Part shown: positions 25,215-35,359 of the stretch, in pieces
How the letters are laid out: the number at the start of each line of letters is the position of its first letter
Numbering within the stretch: the first letter of the stretch is position 1
Origin: Sphingobacteriales bacterium
GTDB taxonomy: Bacteria; Bacteroidota; Bacteroidia; Chitinophagales; JADJOU01
Assembly: GCA_021297855.1 (NCBI GenBank)
Contig: JAJTHM010000063.1
Location: 203 to 64,202 of the forward strand
Reading direction: 5' to 3'
Length of the DNA stretch: 64,000 nucleotides
Position numbers and translations under genes: made by a program
The notes under the pieces: generated by a model
Seen by the model: only the letters and a program-made list of their open reading frames with translations
Database searches by the model: none
What the model was told of the DNA's origin: nothing

Positions 25215-27566
25215 ATGATTATGCGTGTTTTTAACTTGCTAATAGTTTCCCTGCCATTGTTTTCCTTTTCCCAAAAGGTAGAACTGCATATAAAAGACTT
25301 CGAAACGAAGCAACCTATTATTGCCGCCACGATAGCCTATAAGAATAAACCTATAGCTAAGTCGAATACAGTGGGTAAAGCACTTATTGATCTAGAATAT
25401 AGAATAGTGATGGTCTATGCCATGGGTTTTGACTCTACAGAAGTAGTTCTTGGAGGCGCAAATCAAATTGTTTACCTATACAAGAAAGATAACAAACTAA
25501 AGGAAGTGGTCGTAAAGCCTTGGATTGACGAGTTTGCGAATAGTCTAATCAGAAAAATGATAGATAAGGCGAAAGATAATCACCCAGATCGACTTTCCTC
25601 CTATCAATTTTATACGTATAGCAAGTTTACAGCAGATGCCAAGGAAGATACTGGCAAGATGAATAACGATACTAGCAACATAAAAAAGAATACGAAAGAC
25701 ACCATTGATCTCAAGGAAGTGTCAGATTATATGAAAAATAATAAACTCTTTGTGTGGGAAAGACTGACCGTATTTAAACATGATAAAAGTCTTGGAACAA
25801 AAAAGGTGCTTTTAAATTCAAATATGAGTGGATTCAAAATGCCTATTTATGAACTTTTGGCAATAACGCTCGATGAGGTGAATTTTCTGCCAAGAATGTT
25901 TCGTTCGGATGCCTATAAAGAATACTATTTCAGACTAGAGGATAGCATGCAAATGGAAGGGCGCAAGACATATACGGTGGCATTTTATCCTTTCAAAAGA
26001 TCTAAAAATAAACGAAGTAGGCACGGTTATGTGAGAATTGATGCAGAGAATTATGGCTGTATGTCCTATAAGGGAACTACTAAACAAGGTTTCTTTGAAC
26101 TAAATAATCAACTCGTAGAAGGTAAGGTTTTCACAAAAGATATGTTTGTAAACTTGACTAATGCTATGATTCAGGTGGATAATTTAAGCACAAATACGAT
26201 TTACAAATTGACAGTTCAAAATCTTGAAGTGCCTAAATCGTTTAATAAATCGGATTTTAAAGGCTATGATGCTGAGATATCACCAAGCTTAAACGATAAG
26301 AAATCAACTGAAATTTTGGCTCAGCTTCGGGGAAGTGATAGCCTAGATCAAAGAGAAAAAAATACCTTTATTTCTTTGGATAGCCTCGTAAGAAAAAATA
26401 ATATCGAAAACAAGCTGAGACTCCTTCTAGCCTTGAGAAATGGCAATATAAAGCTAGGGAAATTTAATTTGGATATAGTGGATTTAATGCAGTTCAATCA
26501 GTATGAGGGTTTTCGGATGAATATCGCTGGGGAGACCAACTTTAGTTTCCACACTAAACTTTCTTTTCGAGGCAAACTTGGCTATGGTTTCGGAGATCAA
26601 AGATTCAAATATCAATTAGGAACAAGTTATTTGTTCAATTATCAAAACCAGTCTAAAGTTTCGATACTTTACGAAAACGATGTATTTGCTGCTGGTAGAA
26701 CCTTTCAGAGTTTATCTACCAAATTGGACTACTTCAATCACCTTGTAAATTTGTGGTATTTTGGTAATTTCTATCAATCTCATAGCGTGAAAGCTTCCTT
26801 CCAATCAGACCTTCACAAGTATCTTGAACAAAAAATTTCCTTGCAGTATGAAAATGTATCAGTTAAATTTCCATATACATTTCGTGGATTGGATATGACC
26901 AATACGAATTTCATGAATGCCACCCTAGAGTTAAATTATTATCCAAAAACAAAATTTATCGTTACCCCTGAGGGTAAATATAAAATCCAATCAAGGCCAA
27001 CCATTTTTAAAGTAAATTATGCCTACAAACATCCTCAAAATTCAAGCTTTAGCCCATATCACACATTAAATTTGGAAAGTCAAACCAGCATTTCCTACCC
27101 TTTAGGTAAAACAGATTGTCAATTAAACCTAGGTTATATCCAAGGGGATGCTTCTATTGTTTCACTTTATGAAGGCAGAGGGAGCTCCAGACGAAACTCC
27201 AACCTGATTTCAACCTTTGACTTCGGCTCATACCGATTTTTTGAAACAATGGAGCCGTCGAGTTTTTACTCGGATAGGTATGCAGCGATTTTCATTAAAC
27301 ATCATTTGCCAAAAATAGCAATGAATGCGAGACGTGATATTAAGTTGTCCTTGATATATAAGGCACTTCTAGGAGACTTGTCCCTGCCAAGTGACCACAA
27401 TATAGCCCTTATTGCTCCAAATAAATTATACCAAGAAAGTGGCTTAGAATGGGATAATATTATTGGTAAACTTCCTTTAGGTATCGGATTCTACTATCGA
27501 TTCGGAGCCTATAATCGGGGTAATTTTGGAGATAATTTTGCAGCTAGATTACTATTTAATTTATAG
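25215..27566 (+). CDS. DUF5686-like outer-membrane protein with N-terminal carboxypeptidase-regulatory-like domain
   Basis: 783 aa with a signal peptide. N-terminal small beta-domain (VELHIKDFETKQPIIAATIAY), then a long region rich in beta-strand/aromatic residues ending ...FAARLLFNL, the Bacteroidota DUF5686 layout. Confidence 0.6.
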   Translation: MIMRVFNLLIVSLPLFSFSQKVELHIKDFETKQPIIAATIAYKNKPIAKSNTVGKALIDLEYRIVMVYAMGFDSTEVVLGGANQIVYLYKKDNKLKEVVVKPWIDEFANSLIRKMIDKAKDNHPDRLSSYQFYTYSKFTADAKEDTGKMNNDTSNIKKNTKDTIDLKEVSDYMKNNKLFVWERLTVFKHDKSLGTKKVLLNSNMSGFKMPIYELLAITLDEVNFLPRMFRSDAYKEYYFRLEDSMQMEGRKTYTVAFYPFKRSKNKRSRHGYVRIDAENYGCMSYKGTTKQGFFELNNQLVEGKVFTKDMFVNLTNAMIQVDNLSTNTIYKLTVQNLEVPKSFNKSDFKGYDAEISPSLNDKKSTEILAQLRGSDSLDQREKNTFISLDSLVRKNNIENKLRLLLALRNGNIKLGKFNLDIVDLMQFNQYEGFRMNIAGETNFSFHTKLSFRGKLGYGFGDQRFKYQLGTSYLFNYQNQSKVSILYENDVFAAGRTFQSLSTKLDYFNHLVNLWYFGNFYQSHSVKASFQSDLHKYLEQKISLQYENVSVKFPYTFRGLDMTNTNFMNATLELNYYPKTKFIVTPEGKYKIQSRPTIFKVNYAYKHPQNSSFSPYHTLNLESQTSISYPLGKTDCQLNLGYIQGDASIVSLYEGRGSSRRNSNLISTFDFGSYRFFETMEPSSFYSDRYAAIFIKHHLPKIAMNARRDIKLSLIYKALLGDLSLPSDHNIALIAPNKLYQESGLEWDNIIGKLPLGIGFYYRFGAYNRGNFGDNFAARLLFNL

Positions 27567-27665
27567 AATACTGCCCTAGCCCTAGGTATTAAAAATCACA
27601 AAAACAAATGCCCCTAATTTCTAAGAAATCTTTGAGTCTTTGTGGCTAGATTGAAACTTAAACTT

Positions 27666-28169
27666 TTATAAGAACTGACAAATCAATCCACCCATAAGAA
27701 TACCGCAAATAGTAAAATACCCAACATGAAGAAAGATGTATTTCCAGCTTCTCATTTCAAACAAAGCACTTACGCCTACCATAAATAAACTCATCATAAA
27801 CCCTGACAAGCCGCCATGCAATGCTCCATGTCCAAATGTTCAAAATAACTTGCCATAATCAGCCATAAAAGCATCATAGCTCGGAAGCATGTTTGTGCCT
27901 TCTGTCAAACTAAATGCGCCCATTTGATGCACGCACAAGTGTGAGAAAATAAATGCGGCTAATAGTGAAAAAATATAGGTAAACGAAAAGATTTGCCACA
28001 TTGGCCTTGGATTTGCTTTTACAGATTCTTCTGTAAAACCGTTGGCTTGCATCCATGCATTACCAAATACTTTTGGGTTGTACCAGACCATACCTACTAA
28101 TAGTGGAACCAATGCCACAGCGAATAAAACTGAAAAATTCATATTTATTATTTTTTTGGTGAGTTCCAA
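27666..28169 (-). pseudogene. DUF1761 family membrane protein gene interrupted by a single in-frame TGA (27840-27842)
   Basis: The track ORF 27840-28169 ends ...DYGKLF*. The same frame continues TFGHGALHGGLSGFMMSLFMVGVSALFEMRSWKYIFLHVGYFTICGILMGGLICQFL* to TAA at 27666-27668. Together these reconstitute a full-length DUF1761-like protein. Confidence 0.75.
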
Positions 28170-28280
28170 AACTAGTGAAGAAAAATATTTTTTAATCTTT
28201 TTTTAATAATCTCACTCATCTAATTAACATAATATTAATTATTGACGAAACTCAATTCAGGCCAAAATAAATGAACGCAT

Positions 28281-28288
28281 TATCTTTG
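28281..28288 (+). promoter_or_regulatory. -7 promoter box TAtcTTTG abutting the DUF4254 start codon
   Basis: Exact TAnnTTTG match. Its last G is 5 nt before the first base of GTG 28293. Confidence 0.35.
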
Positions 28289-28292
28289 CTTT

Positions 28293-28898
28293 GTGAATTT
28301 AACTCAAACATTTGAAATTTTTCAAAAAGCGATTGCAGACTACCACCAAATAGATGATTTAGAGGCGGTTATTAAAAATCCCTACGAACAGTCGAGTCTC
28401 AATAATCTGCTTTATTTAAAATGCTGGATAGATACGGTACAATGGCACTGCGAAGATGAGGTGAGACACCCAGCTATAGATGCTGAGTCAGTGCGCTATT
28501 TTAAAAACAAAATAGACCAACTCAATCAAACCAGAACCAATTTGGTTGAACAATTGGATGATTATTTTTTGGAGAAATATAAAGATGTCAGCCCGCAAGA
28601 AAATGCCCGGCTCAATACAGAAAGTCCTGCTTGGGCTATAGATCGATTATCCATTTTAGCGCTAAAAATCTATCATATGCAAATTGAGGTGGAGCGCATG
28701 GATTTGAGTTCAGAGCAGTTTCTATCGTATCAGCAAAAATTAGAATTACTTCAGACTCAAAAATTGGATTTGATGCAATCTATTGAGTCTCTTTTATTAG
28801 AATTAGAGCAGGGTAGAACACAATTTAAAGTCTATCGTCAAGTCAAAATGTACAATGATCAAGACTTGAATCCAGTGTTAAGGGCTAATAAGCAATGA
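28293..28898 (+). CDS. DUF4254 domain protein
   Basis: 201 aa (CWIDTVQWHCEDEVRHP..., AIDRLSILALKIYHM). This family usually sits next to GT9 heptosyltransferase-like genes, as it does here (ATGA overlap with the next gene). GTG start. Confidence 0.65.
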   Translation: MNLTQTFEIFQKAIADYHQIDDLEAVIKNPYEQSSLNNLLYLKCWIDTVQWHCEDEVRHPAIDAESVRYFKNKIDQLNQTRTNLVEQLDDYFLEKYKDVSPQENARLNTESPAWAIDRLSILALKIYHMQIEVERMDLSSEQFLSYQQKLELLQTQKLDLMQSIESLLLELEQGRTQFKVYRQVKMYNDQDLNPVLRANKQ

Positions 28899-29893
28899 AA
28901 GAAATAACAATTATTCGGTTATCCTCTTTGGGCGATATAGCTATGCTAGTTCCTGTACTTCTATCGTTTCATTCTTCTTATCCCAAGCATACAGTTCGGC
29001 TCATAACGCGCACACGATTCGCTCCCATCTTCAATGATCTTCATTTTGTCAGTATTATACCCATCGACAATGGAAATTCAAGGCTAAACTTCTTGCAACT
29101 AATTCATTTTGCTATACAACTATCTCTATCTAAACCTACATTTCTTTTAGATTTACACGATGTACTTCGCACTAAGCTCATTCGGCTTATTTGTAGACTA
29201 AATGGCAGTAAAGTTTATGTCTTTGACAAAGGAAGAGCAGAAAAAAAAGCCTTGATTGCAACCCATGGAGATAAATCAAAATGGTTAAAAACCACCTTTC
29301 AACGCTATACGGATGTATTCGAAAAAGCAGGTTTTCCATTTGAACTTGGGCTTCATTTTTTAAATAAAGTACCAAATGATAGCGGCAAGACAAGAATTGG
29401 AATTTCGCCATTCGCCAAGCATTCAAGCAAGGAGTATTCTTTGGTAAAAATGAAAGAAATAATCCTTAAACTATCAAGTCATAAAGATTTTGAATTAATG
29501 ATTTTTGGCTTTGGAGACCGGGAAGACTGCATTGCCTCGGGTATGGCAGACGGTATACCAAATATCAAAAATATTATTGGTAAAATGAGCTTTTCCGAAG
29601 AGTTGTCTTTGATTTCAGGATTAGATATTATGATTTCTATGGACAGCGGTAATGGGCATTTAGCAGCAAATTACAATATTCCAGTGATTACATTATGGGG
29701 CACAACACATCCTAAATTGGGTTTTGGGCCTTATTGTCAGCCGTTATCGCATTCTATTTTCCCTGATGAAAAAGCCTTTCCTATGCTCCCTGTTTCAGTT
29801 TTTGGACCATGTTCTATTGATGGATATATGAGAGCTATTGATAGTATCTTTGTAGAAAATGTGTACCGTAAAGTATTGGAAATAATAAAATAA
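28895..29893 (+). CDS. glycosyltransferase family 9 protein (heptosyltransferase-like)
   Basis: MKEITIIRLSSLGDIAMLVPVL N-terminus and C-terminal ...MISMDSGNGHLAANYNIPVITLWG, typical GT9 motifs. Confidence 0.85.
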   Translation: MKEITIIRLSSLGDIAMLVPVLLSFHSSYPKHTVRLITRTRFAPIFNDLHFVSIIPIDNGNSRLNFLQLIHFAIQLSLSKPTFLLDLHDVLRTKLIRLICRLNGSKVYVFDKGRAEKKALIATHGDKSKWLKTTFQRYTDVFEKAGFPFELGLHFLNKVPNDSGKTRIGISPFAKHSSKEYSLVKMKEIILKLSSHKDFELMIFGFGDREDCIASGMADGIPNIKNIIGKMSFSEELSLISGLDIMISMDSGNGHLAANYNIPVITLWGTTHPKLGFGPYCQPLSHSIFPDEKAFPMLPVSVFGPCSIDGYMRAIDSIFVENVYRKVLEIIK

Positions 29894-29965
29894 TCTATTT
29901 AAGTGAGTTGAAAACTATATAAAAAGAAGTCAACTGTTTAAATTAGTTTTTCGGAGTTTACTTTA

Positions 29966-31639
29966 TTGAATTTAACTTTGCGATTTAGCAAGAATTCCAT
30001 ATTAGTGTTAGTTTCCAATAAAAAATCGGCCCTTTACTTAAAATCTTTTTTCAAGCAAATTGGAATTCAGCATATAGTCATCTGTCCAGGGAGCCGTAAT
30101 CTTCCCTTAATTGTCAATTTCTCGAATGACAATTACTTTAAAACCTATAGTCTAATAGACGAAAGGGTAGCTGGCTTCTTTGCATTGGGTATTGCTAAAG
30201 CACTTAAAAGACCTGTTGCCGTCCTGACTACTTCTGGTTCAGCGGCTATCAATTTAGCTCCAGCTATGGCAGAGGCCTATTATCAGCGATTGCCTCTTAT
30301 TGCCATTACGGCAGATCGACCAACCCATTTTGTAAATAAAGGGGAGAATCAAACCATTATTCAGCGTGGCTTATTCTTTAATTATATTGGTCTAGAACTG
30401 GAAATAGAGGAGAAGATCGATTTTGAAACCTTTGAGAACAAAATTCAAGAATTATTTCGGTATTTATCCAATCCAAATTTATCGGCCAATGTTCATATCA
30501 ATTTGCCTTTTTCTGAACCCTTGGATAAAGTGGAAAATATTCTCGGTGAATTTCAGCTTAATCTGAAACCTAATAGGAATAAAATTAATCCAATTTCTGC
30601 ACCACAGCTCAAAATAAAAAATAGACAAAATGTCATATTCTATATTTCTACGAATATAGTGAATTCTGAACTAAATGAGATATTAGATCGGGGGGTCAAG
30701 GAGAACTATTGGGTTGTCATTTCTGAAATGCAATCTGGATGGTATAATGAGGATTGTATATCGCAAATTGACTTAATTTTATCTAGAGATAAAGATGTAC
30801 AACAGCCTGATATATTGATAACTATAGGAGAAGCTATGCTTTCTAAAAAATTTAGGAATTATATTAAAACGCATGAAGAACTCCTACACTACGACATTTC
30901 TGCCTATCCCCGTCACTGGAATAACCTATCTACTCATTATCAAAATATTAACCCAGATTATACTGAATTGTATTCGCTTTTAAACCTAACCAATTCCATT
31001 GAGTTTCAAGCATCCTGGATATCGGCTGAAAAACGAGCCTTAGATTACCAATCTAGCTGCCACAAAGAATTAACATATCTGGAAATAAACCTGATACATA
31101 GAATGGTCAATACAATAGACCAAGATTCTATTATCTATTGGGGTAATTCCTCAGCCGTTCGCTATGGCAACTGGTCCAATTGGAAAAACAAACCAAGTAT
31201 AATTCATCAAACGAATCGTGGAGTAGCTGGAATTGAAGGTGTCTTAGCTACAGCTATTGGTAATCAATCAATTAGCAAGTATGAAAGTTTTTATTGCATC
31301 TTGGGAGATGTTAGTTTGCTCTATGAGACAAATAGTTTAGCTGCAGCTGTATATATTGATCACATCAAAATTATTGTCATCAATAATCACGGTGGAAAGA
31401 TCTTTGAACAGATCCATAATTCGCAAACTTTGGGTAAAATGGACGCACTAACAACACCGCATAATCAGGACTTCAGGAAACTAGCTAATCTATTTGATTT
31501 AGAATACTTTAATGCGTACGACTTAAGGTCATTTACAAGTCAATGGGAGCTTGTCAAAGCTCATCAAGGCAAGTTAATTTTTGAAATTAATATATCGGAA
31601 AATGAAGTTGGAAAATGGAAAGACTATTTTGATATTTAG
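29966..31639 (+). CDS. menD: 2-succinyl-5-enolpyruvyl-6-hydroxy-3-cyclohexene-1-carboxylate synthase
   Basis: IQHIVICPGSRNLPL, TSGSAAINLAPAMAEAYYQRLPLIAITADRP, and ThDP-binding GDVSLLYETNSL...NNHGGKIF. TTG start is uncertain. Confidence 0.85.
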   Translation: MNLTLRFSKNSILVLVSNKKSALYLKSFFKQIGIQHIVICPGSRNLPLIVNFSNDNYFKTYSLIDERVAGFFALGIAKALKRPVAVLTTSGSAAINLAPAMAEAYYQRLPLIAITADRPTHFVNKGENQTIIQRGLFFNYIGLELEIEEKIDFETFENKIQELFRYLSNPNLSANVHINLPFSEPLDKVENILGEFQLNLKPNRNKINPISAPQLKIKNRQNVIFYISTNIVNSELNEILDRGVKENYWVVISEMQSGWYNEDCISQIDLILSRDKDVQQPDILITIGEAMLSKKFRNYIKTHEELLHYDISAYPRHWNNLSTHYQNINPDYTELYSLLNLTNSIEFQASWISAEKRALDYQSSCHKELTYLEINLIHRMVNTIDQDSIIYWGNSSAVRYGNWSNWKNKPSIIHQTNRGVAGIEGVLATAIGNQSISKYESFYCILGDVSLLYETNSLAAAVYIDHIKIIVINNHGGKIFEQIHNSQTLGKMDALTTPHNQDFRKLANLFDLEYFNAYDLRSFTSQWELVKAHQGKLIFEINISENEVGKWKDYFDI

Positions 31640-31646
31640 CTTTAAT

Positions 31647-32213
31647 TCAGGATACAATTGTCTTGATCATATCGATTTTAGATATTGGAACCAATAGTTT
31701 CATATGATATTTGCCTACTTCAATACTAGAGCTTAGTACATTTATTTTATTGTATTTCAATACTTTAATGACTTCATAGTATTTCTCTGGATTTAAAATT
31801 AAATCAAACACTATCGTTTCCTCGATTTCGATTAATTCTGCCTCTTGGAGGCAGAAAATGGCGGCCTCTTTATACGCTTCTATGAGTCCAGAAACACCTA
31901 GTTTGGTCCCTCCATAGTAGCGAACGACAAAGAGGCTCACATTCTGAACTTGAAAAGAATAGAGTTGGTTGAGTATAGGTTTGCCTGCAGTACCTGAAGG
32001 TTCACCATCATCATTCGCTCTAACATCCTCGTTTTGAAATCCTATTCTGTATGCATAGCAAATATGCGTGGCTTTTGAATGCTCTTTCTTTAGTAGAATT
32101 AGTTGCTCTTTAAATATTGATATTGAGTTAGCTGGATATAGGTAGCCAATAAAACGAGATTGGGAGCTCTTGTATTCACTTTGATATGATTTGTCAATAG
32201 TCTTTATGGTCAT
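31647..32213 (-). CDS. yigZ: YigZ / IMPACT family protein
   Basis: HICYAYRIG....RANDDGEPSGTAGKPIL and RYYGGTKLG motifs. Confidence 0.85.
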   Translation of the reverse strand: MTIKTIDKSYQSEYKSSQSRFIGYLYPANSISIFKEQLILLKKEHSKATHICYAYRIGFQNEDVRANDDGEPSGTAGKPILNQLYSFQVQNVSLFVVRYYGGTKLGVSGLIEAYKEAAIFCLQEAELIEIEETIVFDLILNPEKYYEVIKVLKYNKINVLSSSIEVGKYHMKLLVPISKIDMIKTIVS

Positions 32214-32301
32214 TATAGTAAAAAGATAGAATAGTCTCCCAATTTTTGTTACTCAGATTATAATTTGTTTCTTTCTACCATGGTGTCTTATTAGCTAATA
32301 A

Positions 32302-33033
32302 TTATATCTGAATCCTAAAAACCTTCTCCATAAACCTCTTCGGATTCTGTAAAACTTCAATCAGTTTGTCTGCCACTATGGCAGGCGAATATAGTTTGTT
32401 CTCACGGTGTAATTCTTCAAATTTTGGAAGCAAAGTAAAATTCTCAATGGGGGTAGAACGTATTTGATTCTGCATATTGGTATTTACTACCCCAGGAGCT
32501 ATACTAAAACAGTGAATAGGACTGGCCTTGTCTTTTTGTTCTATTTCTATGCATTTGCTGAGCATTTCCAGAGCCGCTTTGGAAGCGCAATAGTTGGACC
32601 ATGAGGCATATGCGCCTGTTGCAGCCCCGCTAGAGATATTGATTATGGTTTTCGCGACTGGTAAATGCTGATATTTTTGAATAAATTTGGTGCAGAGAAG
32701 CATAGCAGAAGTATAGTTAACCGAAATCACATCCTCTAAAGATTCTAAACCGATTTTATCCAAGGTATTAATTTCACCCAACATACCCGCATTATTGATT
32801 AAATGAATGGCATCATAACCTTCCTCTATATCTGGAAATTTTATTTCTTTGACTAGGTCTATTTTAGCCAAATCCAATGACTTAAAAATGAAATTTTCCG
32901 CTTCAAAAGGACAATTTCGAGCAATGCCTAATACGCAATTTTCTTTATTTTCTATTAGTTTGCTACTCAGAGCTAATCCTATGCCGCTACTACAGCCAGT
33001 AATGATAAATAGAGATTTTTTTGCCATATACAA
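32302..33033 (-). CDS. SDR family oxidoreductase
   Basis: Cofactor motif ITGCSSGIGLAL, NNAG, and catalytic YCASKAAL. The start may be the third codon (ATG at 33027). Confidence 0.85.
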   Translation of the reverse strand: MYMAKKSLFIITGCSSGIGLALSSKLIENKENCVLGIARNCPFEAENFIFKSLDLAKIDLVKEIKFPDIEEGYDAIHLINNAGMLGEINTLDKIGLESLEDVISVNYTSAMLLCTKFIQKYQHLPVAKTIINISSGAATGAYASWSNYCASKAALEMLSKCIEIEQKDKASPIHCFSIAPGVVNTNMQNQIRSTPIENFTLLPKFEELHRENKLYSPAIVADKLIEVLQNPKRFMEKVFRIQI

Positions 33034-33161
33034 CAGTTTTAATTTTGAATTCTAAATTTTGAATTTTGAATAAGAGAGAACAGTTAATGAGTAGCAGTCA
33101 CAGTAATTATTCATTAAAGTTTAAGCCAACCAGAACCATATTGAAAATTTTGAATTCAAAA

Positions 33162-33833
33162 TTAAGCATTTCTAATCACCACCACAAACTCCCCTATAGG
33201 TTCTTTTTTACTAAAATGTTCCGAGAGTTCAGCTGCTGTGCCACGGAGTGTTTCTTCAAATTTTTTAGTTATTTCTCTTGAAATTGAAATCCTGCGATCC
33301 CCGCCACCAAATTCTTGAAATTCTTGTAAAAACTTGACAATTCGATAAGGCGATTCGTAAATAACCACAGTGCGCAATTCGGCTATAATACCTTTAATAA
33401 AAGTCTGACGACCCTTTTTGTGAGGCGGAAATCCCATAAAGACAAAATTGGATAGGTCAGAACCTGAATTTACTAGTGCTGGCACAAAAGCGGTAGCTCC
33501 AGGTAAGCAATCCAATTCTATATTATGTTCTAGACATTTATCAATCAATAAATTGCCAGGGTCGGATATTAATGGTGTTCCGGCGTCTGATATGAGGGCG
33601 AAGCGCTTACCAGCTATGATTTGCTGCACGATGCGTTCTACTTCCTTAAACTCATTCATCTTGTGTAAAGGCTTTAGAGGCTTTGTAATCTCGTAATGTT
33701 GAAGTAATTTGCTGCTCTGTCTCGTATCCTCACAGAGGATAGTATCCACGTTTTTGAGTGTATCGAGTGCACGCAGAGTGATATCTCCCAGATTCCCTAT
33801 GGGAGTAGGAACGATATATAATTTAGTACTCAA
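33162..33833 (-). CDS. rsmI: 16S rRNA (cytidine1402-2'-O)-methyltransferase
   Basis: LYIVPTPIGNLGDITLRALDTLKNVDTILCEDTR and ALISDAGTPLISDPG, classic RsmI motifs. Confidence 0.9.
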   Translation of the reverse strand: MSTKLYIVPTPIGNLGDITLRALDTLKNVDTILCEDTRQSSKLLQHYEITKPLKPLHKMNEFKEVERIVQQIIAGKRFALISDAGTPLISDPGNLLIDKCLEHNIELDCLPGATAFVPALVNSGSDLSNFVFMGFPPHKKGRQTFIKGIIAELRTVVIYESPYRIVKFLQEFQEFGGGDRRISISREITKKFEETLRGTAAELSEHFSKKEPIGEFVVVIRNA

Positions 33834-34080
33834 GCTGTGACAGGGTATAGCTATACTGCTCCATGATCTTATTCACGAGCAATTTTTCACAGGCTTCCTT
33901 AGTCTGCTTATCTGCATCCTCTTTAGAAGCTGCTTCTAGGTGAAGCTCTATATTTTTTCCGATACGCACATTTTGTATGGCGTTCAGATTCATTTTATGC
34001 AGGCCATTATTCACTGCCTTTCCCTGTGGATCTAATAATTCTCTATGAGGCATGACCTTGATTTCTGCTATGAACTTCAT
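33823..34080 (-). CDS. purS: phosphoribosylformylglycinamidine synthase subunit PurS
   Basis: 85 aa with V.PHRELLDPQGKAV...L......NVRIGK.IEL, the PurS signature. Overlaps the rsmI start by 11 nt. Confidence 0.85.
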   Translation of the reverse strand: MKFIAEIKVMPHRELLDPQGKAVNNGLHKMNLNAIQNVRIGKNIELHLEAASKEDADKQTKEACEKLLVNKIMEQYSYTLSQLEY

Positions 34081-34197
34081 TTTTTATGGATTATAAGGCA
34101 AATTTAGGATAAATAATTTATTTCTGTTGCTTTGCATGCGACATTCGGTTTAAAAACAATTAACAATCACAAGTTATTTTGTTTTTAACTTTACCCT

Positions 34198-34995
34198 ATG
34201 ATTCATAAAATAAAATCCGATCCAAATAAACCCCTAATTCTAATCACTAATGATGATAGTATCTACTCAAAAGGCATTCGCAGTCTTGTCGATGCAGTGA
34301 AAGATCTAGGACAGGTGGTAGTCGTAGCACCTAGTCTCCCGCAAAGCGGAATGGGGCATGCGGTGACACTGAAAGATCCTATTCGCTTGACTCCAATTGT
34401 TCGTTTTGATGGTGTATTGGCTAGTTATGCCTGCAGTGGCACTCCCGTAGATTCAGTAAAGATAGCTCGTGATATTATTTTAGATAGAAAGCCAGATATC
34501 TGTTTATCGGGAATCAATCACGGCTCGAATTCATCAATTAATATCATTTATTCAGGGACGATGAGCGCAGCGGTGGAGGCTGCTATCGAAGAAATTCCCT
34601 CCATTGGTTTTTCGCTTTGCGATCATGATTTAGATGCAGATTTTGAAACGGCTAAGCAAGTCGTTCGAAAATTGACTATACAAATGCTGGCTCACCCATT
34701 AAATAAGCCTAGCTTGCTCAATGTAAATATTCCTAAAGTCAAACCTGAGAACTTAAAAGGGTATAGGATATGCAGACAGGCTGTAGCTAAATGGGAAGAA
34801 GAATTTGAGGAGCGTATAGACCCGCGAGGTGGCAACTATTATTGGCTGACAGGGAAATTTGTCAGCTACGATGATGGTCATGATACCGATGAATGGGCTT
34901 TAGCGAATGATTTCGTTTCCGTGGTTCCTATTCAGTTCGACCTTACCAACTACCATAATATTAATTACATTCACAATAACTGGGAATTAAACTAA
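34198..34995 (+). CDS. surE: 5'/3'-nucleotidase SurE
   Basis: ILITNDDSIYSKGIRSL, SGINHGSN, YSGTMSAAVEA motifs. Confidence 0.9.
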   Translation: MIHKIKSDPNKPLILITNDDSIYSKGIRSLVDAVKDLGQVVVVAPSLPQSGMGHAVTLKDPIRLTPIVRFDGVLASYACSGTPVDSVKIARDIILDRKPDICLSGINHGSNSSINIIYSGTMSAAVEAAIEEIPSIGFSLCDHDLDADFETAKQVVRKLTIQMLAHPLNKPSLLNVNIPKVKPENLKGYRICRQAVAKWEEEFEERIDPRGGNYYWLTGKFVSYDDGHDTDEWALANDFVSVVPIQFDLTNYHNINYIHNNWELN

Positions 34996-35033
34996 TATTT
35001 ATTAACAAATTATTATTAATCATTAACTATTAT

Positions 35034-35330
35034 ATGAGCTACAAAAGAATTATTGGTTACGAAAAGTTTGATAATATGATTACAGGCTTTATACTAGGAA
35101 TAGCTGCCATTGCTATTACCTACTTACTTCAGGATTCTTTTTACAATGTCAGTGCTCTTGGAGAGTGGGGTGCGGGAATCAAACTGGATATGCTGAAGTT
35201 GAGTCTTCTAGGAGCCTTGTTTATTTTTCTTTTGTTAAACTATTTTGATAAGGTGTTTGCTATGAAAGGAGTTTTGATCGCTGTCATAATAGTGGCGATT
35301 TATTTAGTTTATAAAATATATTGGAATTGA
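35034..35330 (+). CDS. hypothetical small membrane protein
   Basis: 98 aa with three predicted hydrophobic helices. No family recognised. Confidence 0.4.
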   Translation: MSYKRIIGYEKFDNMITGFILGIAAIAITYLLQDSFYNVSALGEWGAGIKLDMLKLSLLGALFIFLLLNYFDKVFAMKGVLIAVIIVAIYLVYKIYWN

Positions 35331-35359
35331 ATTCGAATACCACTTTATTCTTAGACAAA

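Noticed and set aside
24500-27600. Integrated prophage or genomic island at the tRNA gene
   Set aside because: No integrase, excisionase or phage-like gene follows the tRNA. The next gene is an ordinary DUF5686-type outer-membrane protein. Only att-like remnants remain.
27840-27842. Alternative genetic code (TGA read as an amino acid) to explain the in-frame TGA in the DUF1761 gene
   Set aside because: TGA terminates other well-delimited genes in the window (28896-28898, 56667-56669, 166-168). No other conserved gene contains in-frame TGA. Trp is encoded by TGG throughout.
33146-33163. Perfect 18-bp palindrome AATTTTGAATTCAAAATT at the rsmI stop, plus three AATTTTGAAT copies at 33040-33070, as a terminator or repeat element
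   Set aside because: It is made purely of A/T, so any hairpin would be very weak. The short motif is plausible by chance in AT-rich intergenic DNA. Not reported as a feature.
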